In this document: piece by piece, positions 1 to 9,735 of the stretch | How the letters are laid out: the number at the start of each line of letters is the position of its first letter | Position numbering within the stretch: position 1 is the stretch's first letter | Assembly (NCBI RefSeq): GCF_001194135.2 | Contig: NC_068987.1 | Span: 53,648,104 to 53,686,977, forward strand | Reading direction: 5' to 3' | From: Octopus bimaculoides | Lineage: Eukaryota | DNA length: 38,874 bases | The notes under the pieces: generated by a model | Database searches by the model: none | What the model saw: the letters and a program-made list of their open reading frames with translations, nothing else | Told to the model about the DNA's origin: nothing | Position numbers and translations under genes: made by a program

Positions 1-1143
1 AACATCCTTAACTGTACACTAAATGAACTATCTAAAATAGACAGGAAAACAAGAAAAATAATGACAGAATATAAGATGCACCACCCAAAATCTGACATAG
101 AAAGGCTATATATACAACGCACAGAAGGTGACAGAGGTCTTATACAGCTAGAAAACTATTATAAAATAACCACCATAGGACTGCAAAAATACCTACTCCA
201 GAAACAAGGAAAACTAATACAAATAGCTACAAAACACGAGCAAAACAAAAAACTGTTTTCAGTATTTAAGGAAGCTGACAAATACAAACAAGAAATCAAT
301 CTACCTAACAAATACGAAGAAGAAGAAGAAGAAGAAGAAACAACAAAAGCTATAAAACAAATGAAATCCAAACTAAAACTAGAACAACAACGAACAGAAA
401 CAATTCCTATTATAGTAGGTGCCTTAGGTATAATAAAAAAAAGAAGAAGAAGAAACAAATCTACGAAACAAATGAAATCCTAACTAAAACTAGAACAGCA
501 AAGGACCATGATAAAACGATAGCAAGAAAAGCCCCTACATGGTAAATACTGGGCTAAACTAAATGCAAAAGAAATAGACAGAGAAAAATCCCAGCAATGG
601 CTGAGAAGCTCAGGACTCAAAGCAGAGACTGAAGGATGTTTAATTGCTGCACAAGACCAAAGCCTCCCCACCAGAAATTACCAAAAACATATAATGAAAA
701 GAAACTTAACAAGTAACTGTAGAATATGTGGAAATGGACAAGAAACAATAAATCATATTATCTCTGGCTGTCTAGTCCTGGCTAAGAAAGAATATATTCA
801 CAGACGCGTCAGAGCTGGGACCTACATAGACTGGAAGCTATGCCAACACTATGGAATAACAACAGAAAAAAGATGGTATAGGCACACGCCAGAAAAGGTC
901 ACAGAAAACGAGAAAGCAACCATATACTGGGATATGCCAATATACACAAATAGAGAAATTAAGTCCAATAAGCCAGATATAGTTGTCAGAGACCATGAAT
1001 AAAGAAATGCCTTCTAATTGTTGTATGAATACCAGTAGATGACAACGATTCTCTAAAAGAAATGGAGAAACTATCAAAATACAAAGACCTAGAAAGAGAG
1101 GTAACTCGAAAGTGGAATCTAAAAACCGAAACAATTCCTATCA
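1..1143 (+). mobile_element. R4/Dong-type non-LTR retrotransposon (family A), decayed C-terminal region: post-RT domain, CCHC zinc knuckle, RLE endonuclease; runs off window start, 3' end missing
   Basis: Translations HPKSDIERLYIQRTEGDRGL, LHGKY..SQQWLRSSGLKAETEG..IAAQDQSLPTRNY, CRICGNGQETINHIISGC (CCHC), KPDIVV (RLE PD motif), EMEKLSKYKDLE; stops and frameshifts present; bases 1-100 match the reverse complement of ~36740-36830. Confidence 0.9.
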
Positions 1144-1189
1144 TTCAACCACTTTGAAGTGTTTCATTAAACTATATAGTTTGCTATTA

Positions 1190-1353
1190 GCCTATATCTG
1201 TCCCCAGTTATACGATGTAGTTATAATTATTTGCTTATAATCACTTAGTTGTGTGCGATTTAGTTATATTTATCAGTATATATCTGTCCCCAATTACACG
1301 ATATATTTTTTGTTTCGTCGTACACACTGATACGATAGAAGTATCAATATCAG

Positions 1354-1420
<67 letters not shown>

Positions 1421-2095
1421 ATATCTACCCCTCTGTCCTGGCCTCTACTTCACTGCTTCTGTCCCTTCCTCCTTGTTCCACTTCCTCCCTCCACCATCCT
1501 CTCTGCTCTCGTGTGACCTGTGGTCAACTTTCTTTTCACTCCAGCCGCTGTGAAGGCAAGACGAACTACTAGCGTTCTACCTCAGATTTGCGTTTGGCCG
1601 TACGGCTTTTGAATGTTGTTTTCACTGTCCATTTTTTCCTGTCTTGGTTTGTGTTTGCCACCTTGGAATCCTCTGTGTAGTGGGTTGATCCACTACTCAG
1701 GAAGAGACTATTCTAGAGTACGTTCTGTCTTATCTTCGAGACGTCTAGATAGAATAGAGACAGCTGATGAAGGGATATTCCAAGTGGCTTTCCGTTTTCC
1801 TATGTGTTCGTTCCGTTGTCTGTAGTTTATTGTTCTAACGTCCTGTACCCTGATATGCATGTATATACACATGTAGATGTAAGTATGTACATATATGTGT
1901 GTATACATGTATATATTCTTTGTATTATTATATATATATGCTCCTAACAATATGATATCTGTCCACAATTATAAGATATGATTATAGCCATTGATTTTAT
2001 TTGCCCCCAATTATGTGATATAGTTATTGTTAAAAATGTACATCTGTCGCTAATTATACTGTATAGTTATAGCTATCAAGTTATATCTGCCGCAA
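1190..2095. repeat. Degenerate ~43-47-bp minisatellite (TATCTGTCCCCAATTATACGATATAGTTAT-like) in two blocks, ~1190-1315 and ~1953-2095
   Basis: Motif copies at about 1193, 1288, 1953, 1997, 2040 and 2082, with spacing 42-47 bp in the right block. Confidence 0.5.
1354..1416. repeat. (TA)n(TG)n compound microsatellite
   Basis: Directly visible. Confidence 0.95.
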
Positions 2096-4064
2096 ATCCA
2101 GTGCTCCTTTCCGCGCTGATCTTGGTATCTGCATTATTTTCCGTTTTCACTCATTCATGTAAAACGAAATACGGTAGTTTTTATTCTTAAAATAATTCTT
2201 TATAACAGAACATGTTTGTTTGTTTTTTTACATTTCGTACGAACAATATGAATGACATAGTATTTGGAAATTATCCAACGTTGATGAATTATATATATTA
2301 AACATCCAATGCAATTGTTGATGATTAATCTGAGTTTCTGGCACTGACTTTGGTTGTTCAATAGAAAGTATATTGTAGAGTGCTTTTTTCTTAACTCATC
2401 CCGCTTCTAATTTAGAAAATTGGCCCTGAATTTGAATTTGTCATGTAGTTAAATTGTGCTCTATCATACTTGTTTTTAACTTTCAAGAATCTCTACGATA
2501 TTATTGACACAGCAAGCACTGACGCAAATAGATTGTTTTAAACATTCCAGCTCTAAAATTTGCTAACAAATCAAGCTGTTTTCAAAAGTAGTTGTTTTCG
2601 ATGTAAACAAAATGAGTATGTTCTGCTATAGGAAGAAAGCATGTCCTTTTGGCTTATATACCACCTTGTTAAGTCCAAGAACAATTTTTTTAGGAAACAT
2701 TGTAAAAACCCTTTTTACTCACACCTATGCATTTCTTTCTTTTTGTACATTCAGAATTCCATTTTCCAAGATGTAAGTTCTTTATTTTTAAGGTGGCTGT
2801 TTGTGATTTGCAATAGGTTGTTTGTTGCTAATCAAAGTAATTCGAAATAATTATGCAAAGGTCCCACAATGTAACTATAAATAGAGAGATATTTTGACAT
2901 TGACTGTTCTATCACTAGCTGATAAAAATCCCCATGACAAGAATTGCAATGATATACTGCTGTACAATGATTGAGAACCTAATCTTCAAAGACATGCCAA
3001 AAGCGAATATGGTTTAAAAGATCCGAGTAGATTACGGGAAGCGTCATTAGTTTATAAGGCTACACACATAATCATTCAAAGTTGAAATCAAGTTCAAATG
3101 GCATTATACACGCATACACTTTCTAACAAACACACACATGTATATACGTATACTCACACACACTTACTTGCATATAAATAAGTGTGTGTGCGTGTGTGTA
3201 TGTGTGTATGTGTGTGCCTTTGAATATTCTTTCATATGATGCCTATAAACATTTAATATTTTGTATGAACTTTGAATTTAAGTGATGGAAAACGCGCCAA
3301 AATGCAGTTTGACATGTGAATACTTTAGTGAGTTTCAACATATATAGAACTTAAAATATCACAAAAGCTTCAATTTCCATATGGCAATCATAAATTAAAT
3401 CATGAACCATATCTAAAATTTATGCTTTTCTGCTGTTTACTATTCTAAATATGTTGCTTTCAAATATCGTCTTAACTAATTTTGTTGATACATGCAAGTT
3501 TATTCTGTCTAAACTTATTGTAATAATGTTTTGGAGTTTACCAAATATGTTAATAATTTCAGAAATACCGTGAATATATTATATGACGGAATATAGAACT
3601 ACATTGGTTGATATGGTCATGCACAGAATGCCCTAAGTTTAAAACAGAATATTTGGTTCGATTACCTTGTATTACTCACTTTCGAAGTAATCGTAATGAT
3701 TCATTCTTGTAAGGAATATTTCTACTGAAGAATATCATATTCCTATCGACTAGAAAAATCAAACTTCAGTCAATTAGTAACCAAGAAACGGCTTCTCACT
3801 AACACATTCGTCAAGGTTTTGTTTGAAGGATGATACCGCACGAATCAAACAAACAATAACGGAAAAGAAAATAGCAGGTAATCCTTTTTGATAGCCAAAA
3901 TTTTTTTTATCGGGGCTTTCGCAATCTCGCAGATATATTCTGGCGGGTAATTTCTCCTTAATCTATGCTTGGCTTCTTGTGCACTGAAGATTTTAAATAT
4001 CTCTAAGCCTCCATATCCTCAAGCGCCCACTCTCACATGATATCCCCATTTCTCCTTCTCCTCT

Positions 4065-4170
4065 TCCTTTTCCTTCTCCTCCTCTTCCTCCTCCTCCCCT
4101 CCCCTCCCCTCTCATCCTCATCCTCATCCTCTTCCCTCTCCTCCTCCTCCTCCTCCCCCTTCTCCTTCTT
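4065..4170. repeat. Pyrimidine-rich (CTC/CTT/CAT)n low-complexity tract
   Basis: Directly visible; source of the poly-L/S and poly-E/G ORFs in the track. Confidence 0.85.
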
Positions 4171-4612
4171 CTTCATTCGTTGGTCGTATCTTGCTATCTT
4201 CATTCTTTGGTCTTACTATCTTTGCTTTCTTTGCAACGAAGCGCTGCTTCAGTTCCTCCATAACCACTTTCAGGCTCTTTCTTTCCATATTATAATTCCT
4301 TTTCAGCGCCTTATATTTTCGTTCGCTTTTAAGCTCCCCTTTCTCTTTTCGGTCTAACACAGAAATTTCCTTCGAGAGCATATATCGTATTCTGTTTGTA
4401 TTCTTCTTTTCCACCATAGGTCTTTTCTTTTCTCACTACCATTGTGTTTCCTTTTCTTGACATCAACACCCACATTTTCTGCTACAACAATACTTGTTGC
4501 CTTGATGAAGTTATTTGTTTCTGTGATGTTTGTTCTGATGTATTTCAGAATATCATTGCCATTTTTCGTTTCTTGGTTCAGCTTCCACCGGTCACCATTT
4601 TTAAAGTTGCAA
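4170..4612 (-). mobile_element. R4-type non-LTR retrotransposon, decayed N-terminal (pre-RT) fragment
   Basis: Minus-strand translation NDILKYIRTNITETNNFIKATSIVVAENVG...WWKKK...VVMEELKQRFVAKKAKI, resembling the pre-RT region of R4/Dong ORFs (recalled family pattern); abuts (ATT)n at 4614. Confidence 0.6.
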
Positions 4613-4633
4613 ATTATTATTATTATTATTATT

Positions 4634-5362
4634 CAGTAGTTTTATTTTTATAACGTGCTTTCACTTCACTACCGAGCGCAGCTCTGTGCGCCTTGGGTAT
4701 GTGCTGTGGTTTGCTGTGGTGCTCTTATGTTTACTGTATTGAAAGTGTTTTGCGTAGAATGTGTGCAGTACCCAGTAGTGCAATTTTCTGTATGTTATAT
4801 ATATTTGTAAATCCTGGTGTTTTTGTTATGTATTTGTCTGAATATTTTTTTATTATACCTAAGGCACCTACTATGATAGGAATTGTTTCTGTTTTTAGAT
4901 TCCACATTCGAGTTATCTCTATTTCCAGGTCTTTGTATTTTGAAAGTTTTTCCATTTNNNNNNNNNNNNNNNNNNNNNNNNNNNNNNNNNNNNNNNNNNN
5001 NNNNNNNNNNNNNNNNNNNNNNNNNNNNNNNNNNNNNNNNNNNNNNNNNNNNNNNNNNNNNNNNNNNNNNNNNNNNNNNNNNNNNNNNNNNNNNNNNNNN
5101 NNNNNNNNNNNNNNNNNNNNNNNNNNNNNNNNNNNNNNNNNNNNNNNNNNNNNNNNNNNNNNNNNNNNNNNNNNNNNNNNNNNNNNNNNNNNNNNNNNNN
5201 NNNNNNNNNNNNNNNNNNNNNNNNNNNNNNNNNNNNNNNNNNNNNNNNNNNNNNNNNNNNNNNNNNNNNNNNNNNNNNNNNNNNNNNNNNNNNNNNNNNA
5301 TTATGTGTTTTTGGTAATTTCTGGTGGGGAGGCTTTGGTCTTGTGCAGCAATTAAAAATCCT
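4634..5362 (-). mobile_element. R4/Dong family A, 5'-truncated copy with (TAA)n on both sides; interior in N gap 4958-5299
   Basis: EKLSKYKDLEIEITRMWNLKTETIPIIVGALG...QKIALLGTAHILRKTLSIQ* then 3'UTR ending AAAACTACTG(AAT)n; 5300-5362 matches 640-692 in reverse complement; gap length fits the missing zinc-knuckle/RLE segment. Confidence 0.9.
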
Positions 5363-5367
5363 TATTA

Positions 5368-5455
<88 letters not shown>

Positions 5456-5488
5456 CATTATTATTATTATGATTATTATTATTATTAA
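5363..5488. repeat. (ATT)n microsatellite
   Basis: Directly visible, about 40 units with a few ATC/ATG interruptions. Confidence 0.97.
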
Positions 5489-5527
5489 ATTTTAAAAGGA
5501 TTGACGTAACCCTTCACAAAGGTAAAC

Positions 5528-5585
5528 AATCAAGATGAAGAGTGCGATTCGATTGTAAGATATTTTATTAGTTGAACGATATTTC
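5528..5585. repeat. Inverted repeat, left copy (partner 6379-6436)
   Basis: AATCAAGATGAAGAGTGCGATTCGATTGTAAGATATTTTATTAGTTGAACGATATTTC vs reverse complement ATTCAAGACGAAGAGCGCGATTCGAATGTAAGATATTTTATTAGTTGAACGATATTTC; 4 mismatches, two at CpG. Confidence 0.95.
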
Positions 5586-5777
5586 TGTCTTTGTGAAGTT
5601 CAAAATAAGAAGTGACAAAAATTAAAATTACAGAAATTTAAATGTAAAATATGAATGAAAGTAACCAGTGTCCATAAGTTGATGAAATGATATCATCAGT
5701 TTTAAAGTTACAATTTTATAACAGGCGAAAAGAAAACGACAGAAAAAAAGGAAAGAAAAAGAGAGAAGAAAGAATAT

Positions 5778-6374
5778 TTAATCAAACAGTTTTGTATAAA
5801 TTTGATGGTATTCTCCTGTCATCTTATTTATTCCTCCAGGGCGTGATCTTAATAACCTGCAAACATATTTCTCCTCATACATTCTGAGAAGTGAAAGTGG
5901 GGCAGATGCAAAATATTTTCTGAGAATATGCACTTTCAAGTCTTCTTCAAAATTGCAGCTGCTTGAAACGAAATGTTCAGCAAGTTCTGTCGAACAATTG
6001 CTATTATGCCTGACGTCGAATTTGTGCCCAGTAAACCTTTTGTTTAATTGTTCTGTTGTACAACCGACATAAATTAAATTGTGTTTCGTGCATTCTGCAG
6101 CGTACACCAAATGGGAATCTTTACAAGTTCCACCTTCTGTATAAATCATAACATTTCTGTTATGATTTCTGATGGAATTCACTTCACAAATGTTGTTGCA
6201 CAATGAACAGGGCTTATCTCTCTTGCGGTTGTTCTTTAAGGTGCAGCGTGCAGATACTCCAATGTTCATTTTCTTGGAGCCAGATATAGAGGTCAATAAT
6301 TCACTTATTTTCTTATCCCGTCGAAAGGCTACAGTGGGCGGCTGAGGATATATCAGCTGCCCGTTGTAGTCCAT
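5778..6374 (-). CDS. GIY-YIG endonuclease of PLE type, 198 aa from ATG (204 aa from TTG at 6392), uninterrupted
   Basis: PPTVAFRR..ISELL (PLE thumb-end motif), C-x11-C-x2-C linker (ARC...KPCSLC), TC..HLVYAAEC, YVGCT, LNKRFTGH, LAEHF, MYEEKY, GGINK; in-frame TAG immediately precedes the TTG, so no RT is fused upstream. Confidence 0.85.
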   Translation of the reverse strand: MDYNGQLIYPQPPTVAFRRDKKISELLTSISGSKKMNIGVSARCTLKNNRKRDKPCSLCNNICEVNSIRNHNRNVMIYTEGGTCKDSHLVYAAECTKHNLIYVGCTTEQLNKRFTGHKFDVRHNSNCSTELAEHFVSSSCNFEEDLKVHILRKYFASAPLSLLRMYEEKYVCRLLRSRPGGINKMTGEYHQIYTKLFD

Positions 6375-6378
6375 TGTT

Positions 6379-6435
6379 GAAATATCGTTCAACTAATAAA
6401 ATATCTTACATTCGAATCGCGCTCTTCGTCTTGAA

Positions 6436-6436
<1 letters not shown>
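6379..6436. repeat. Inverted repeat, right copy (partner 5528-5585)
   Basis: See left copy; ends flush against (ATT)n. Confidence 0.95.

Positions 6437-6500
<64 letters not shown>
6437..6500. repeat. (ATT)n microsatellite, tail of the adjacent Dong-type copy
   Basis: Directly visible. Confidence 0.97.
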
Positions 6501-6502
6501 GA

Positions 6503-6836
6503 CAGTAGTTCTATTTTTTAAACGTGCTTTCATTTCACTACCGAGTGCAGCTCTTTGTGCCTTGGGTATGTGCTGTGGTTTGCTGGGATGCTCTTATGGT
6601 TACTGTATTGAATGTGTTTTGCGTAGGATGTGTGCAGTGCACAGTAGTGCAATTTTCTGTATGTTATATATATTTGTAAGTCCTGGTGTTTTTTTATGTA
6701 TTTGTCTGAATATTTTTTTATCATATCTAATACTCCTACTATGATAAGAATTGTTTCGGTTTTTACATTCCACTTTCGAGTTATCTCTTTTTCTAGGTCT
6801 TTGTATTTTGATAGTTTCTACATTTCTTTTAAAAAA
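6503..6836 (-). mobile_element. R4/Dong family A, short 5'-truncated 3' end
   Basis: Closely similar to 4634-4957 (KKTPGLTNIYNIQKIALLCTAHILRKTHSIQ*, same 3'UTR and (TAA)n tail). Confidence 0.9.
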
Positions 6837-6849
6837 GTTGGTTTTGTAC

Positions 6850-7495
6850 ATAGTGTTGTTCTAGAGAATGTTTAAAAACCGTAAGAAAATTATGTTTGTT
6901 TTAAAATTTCAGATTACATAGACAGTATTTTACGTAGGATATGGGCAGTTCCTATGAGAACTATCTTTTGAATTTATACTATTTTGTGGTTTCCTGGTGA
7001 CTGAGCTAGGTAGCAATCAGCCCCTTTTGCTATCATTGCTAGGACACCTATGACAACAGGTATTGTTTTAGTCTTCTGGTTCTACATTTTGCTAATTTCT
7101 ATTTCAAGATCTTTATACTTACTCAGTTTTTGTGTAGGTCTTAACAGATACGTTTATATCAATTGGGACAGTCATATCAATGTGGAGGCATGATTCTTGT
7201 CTGAAGTCTTTCAATGTGATGTCTGGCCTATTTGCATCTATCTTTGTGTCAATTTGAATGGTGAAGTTCCAGAGGAGTGAGACGTGACCATTTTCAAGTA
7301 TTGGAGATGGTTTGTGTTCCCTCCAGTTTTTATCATGTGTCAAGTCCAGGTTTTTGCAAATTACTTAGTGTATATATTGTGCAGCTCTATTATGCCTGTT
7401 GCGATATTCTGTGGGAGCTAGAAGGCTGCACAAGGAGACAACATGATCAATGGTTTCATTTTGTTGTTGACACACACCACATATTGGGAAGATGG
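6850..7495 (-). mobile_element. R4-type non-LTR retrotransposon (family B), zinc knuckle + RLE + partial 3'UTR, decayed
   Basis: QNETIDHVVSLCSLLAPTEYRNRHN, WREHKPSPILEN..LLWNFTIQID.KIDANRPDI, LSKYKDLEIEISKM, IQKIVLIGTAHILRKILSM*; same motifs as family A but clearly different nucleotide sequence. Confidence 0.85.
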
Positions 7496-7509
7496 CTTTT
7501 AGTCAGATT

Positions 7510-7680
7510 ATAGTGATGCAGTGTGCGACGATGGCACGTACTTTGACCAATACAGTCTCGATATTTTTAACCCGAAAGTTAGGTATGAGAGCCAGAGATA
7601 AATGTCAACATAACCTGAAGGAACCATGGTGGAAAAGGAGAATAACGCAGTTTATTAAAGAGAGCATAAAACTAATATCA
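7510..7680 (+). mobile_element. R4-type pre-RT fragment in opposite orientation
   Basis: TLTNTVSIFLTRKLGM...KEPWWKRRI, the same motif block as 4170-4612. Confidence 0.55.
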
Positions 7681-7944
7681 TCGACATGCACTCCTTACAC
7701 CTCAGCCGAAATTACGTTGACTCCATGAACAGAGATTTCGAAAGTAACCTCCAAATAAACACATCGTTCTTTTTTCTTTGTTACTGTAACTGTTAGAGAA
7801 AGGCAAACATTTTGTTTCAGAGAAAGCGTTGTCGCAAAGACACGTAATCTCTTCAATCCCTATCGGAACGAATGTATAACTCTAAAGTCCTGCAAACTGC
7901 TAGACTTCACCTTAACAGAGGGTTACTATTCAATACCACAAATT

Positions 7945-8232
7945 TGCTTGTTAGTTGCTTTACCCTAAACAGTTGAGCATTTCCGTTAGTGGCTGATGAT
8001 ACATGTGCATCTCTGATAACGAAGAGAAGTATTGGGGGAGCATCACTGTCTTGTGAGGCTTTGAGGTTTTAATAATTCGTCTATGGAAACATGAATCTTT
8101 CGTTCAACATACTAAAGCAACTCTTATTGAGATGGGCTAGCCGACCTGGAGAAAATTCTAATTGGACTCCCCCTGCAAGGTCATGCGCTTTTTATCTTGA
8201 TATGAGATCATCATGTCGCGATGCATGTGCCT
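7945..8232 (-). mobile_element. Diverged partial copy of the ~550-bp interspersed repeat at 34806-35358 (inverted relative to it)
   Basis: Reverse complement aligns to ~34915-35225 (e.g. CATGATGATCTCATATCAAGATAAA; GATGCTCCCCCAATACTTCT; ATGCTCAACTG). Confidence 0.75.
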
Positions 8233-8399
8233 GGAAAACGCCAGTCCATAACCTAGCAAAACCAGTGTTTCAAAAAGATGACCTTTCTCTTTAAAGCCAG
8301 AGATTGCTTTCTTACCTCCAACACTATACGAACCTCAAATTATGCCCACAATCTAGTGTCGTTCTTATACCTGTAGTCCTGAAGTTACACACAGATATT

Positions 8400-8740
8400 C
8401 TAGTCTGGATCCAGATTTAAGTACTTAGCTGTTTGCAATGGAGTCATTGATAAACCTATTGGAACCTTTAGTGTATAAACATTCTGTTTCCTCACTATAC
8501 ATTTTCTTGTACTGTTATGATGTCTGTTTTGTAGAGTTAGCCTCTCTCGTGTCACTACCACTCAGCCTTACTTGTCTTTCCTCCTGTTCTTTCTCATACT
8601 GTGCCACACTCCTCAAACTCTGTACTAACCATTATGTATAGTCCTTCATTGCCAGGTCATTAGAATTCCCTACCTGTTTCCTGCCGTCACCGACAGAATA
8701 TAAAAGACACTGAAGCAGAATATAGACGACATCAAATTCA
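8400..8740 (+). mobile_element. CR1/L2-like LINE 3'-terminal fragment, decayed
   Basis: LEPLVYKHSVSSLYIFLYC..ELASLVSLPL...LLKLCTNHYV*SFI resembles the CR1-group C-terminal pattern LxPL..RR.VASL.LFY.Y...ELASL.P...CRT..Y..SF (recalled, not searched). Confidence 0.5.
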
Positions 8741-9533
8741 GCGGCCATCTGCTAGGATCTGCAAGACTGCTTTTACAACCCAACCGCTTTTGCCATACCA
8801 AACAAATAAAGATTTGTGAGAATATCTTCATTATATGCGTGTGTGTGTGCGCCTGTTTGTGTGAGTATGTGTGAGTGTGTGTGCGCGCGCGTGTGTTAGA
8901 GAGATAATTTAGATGCAAAGACCCGAAGTGGAAAGTTCGTTGTTGCATGGAGAGCCTCTGTGAATGTTAATGTGATGAATTGTACGGGCGAGCAACTGAC
9001 AACAACGATGACCATTCGAAGCACATAATTGGCATAATGACAGCTTACCGGCTCTCATTTACTTTAGAATAGTTCTCTCTCTATCTCGTTCTTTCTCCCT
9101 CTCTTTCTCTCTCTCACGATAATATATGTGTATATATGTATGTGAGTGCTTCTATATGTAAATATATGCGTGTGTGTGGGTGTGTAGGTAATATGCATAC
9201 CTGTCATTGTCACCGTCACTGTCATGATTTACTTCCATTCTCCCTTACTGCTTTCTCTTTATTTTGTATATACAGAGCGCATATATACACCTGCGTCTAT
9301 CTCGAACGACTACACATGCAATTTGTGTCAAACTCATAAAGGAATGCAAATTTTATGTCAGCCATTTCTAGCTTTTTTCGAGATGGAATTTAGTATGACA
9401 TTTAAAGAAACGTCGTTAATACTCTCGTGAAAGGTTTATGGAATAAAATATTTCATTCCACTTCAGCTAGAATTGAGGCTATTTGTGCTTTGTCAAAAGC
9501 AATCAGCATGTGTATGCATAAACACATACATAC

Positions 9534-9538
<5 letters not shown>

Positions 9539-9598
<60 letters not shown>

Positions 9599-9608
9599 NN
9601 NNNNNNNN

Positions 9609-9662
<54 letters not shown>

Positions 9663-9735
9663 TATATATATATGTATATATATATGCATATTTATATACA
9701 TACATACACACACGCGCATATATATATATACATAT
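9539..9735. repeat. (CA)n / gap / (TA)n compound microsatellite
   Basis: Directly visible; short N placeholder gap at the junction. Confidence 0.95.

Larger units (their letters stand above)
5489..6436 (-). mobile_element. Penelope-like element (PLE, Neptune-like linker): endonuclease-only copy with a 58-bp inverted repeat, between (ATT)n arrays
   Basis: Contains the GIY-YIG ORF below; 6379-6436 is the reverse complement of 5528-5585 (54/58 identical); 39-bp extension 5489-5527 lies beyond the repeat; AATAAA present in the 3'UTR repeat copy on the minus strand. Confidence 0.8.

Noticed and set aside
1545-1800. CTGATGAAGGGATATTCC and CTGTGAAGGCAAGACGAAC hammerhead-like cores
   Set aside because: The first lacks GAAA after stem II and the second lacks core bases; insufficient support.
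5531-5556. AAGAYGAAGAG..TTCGAWT in the PLE inverted repeat resembling a hammerhead core
   Set aside because: C3U4 are AA in both copies, GAAA is absent, and in the 3'UTR copy the motif is antisense to the ORF.
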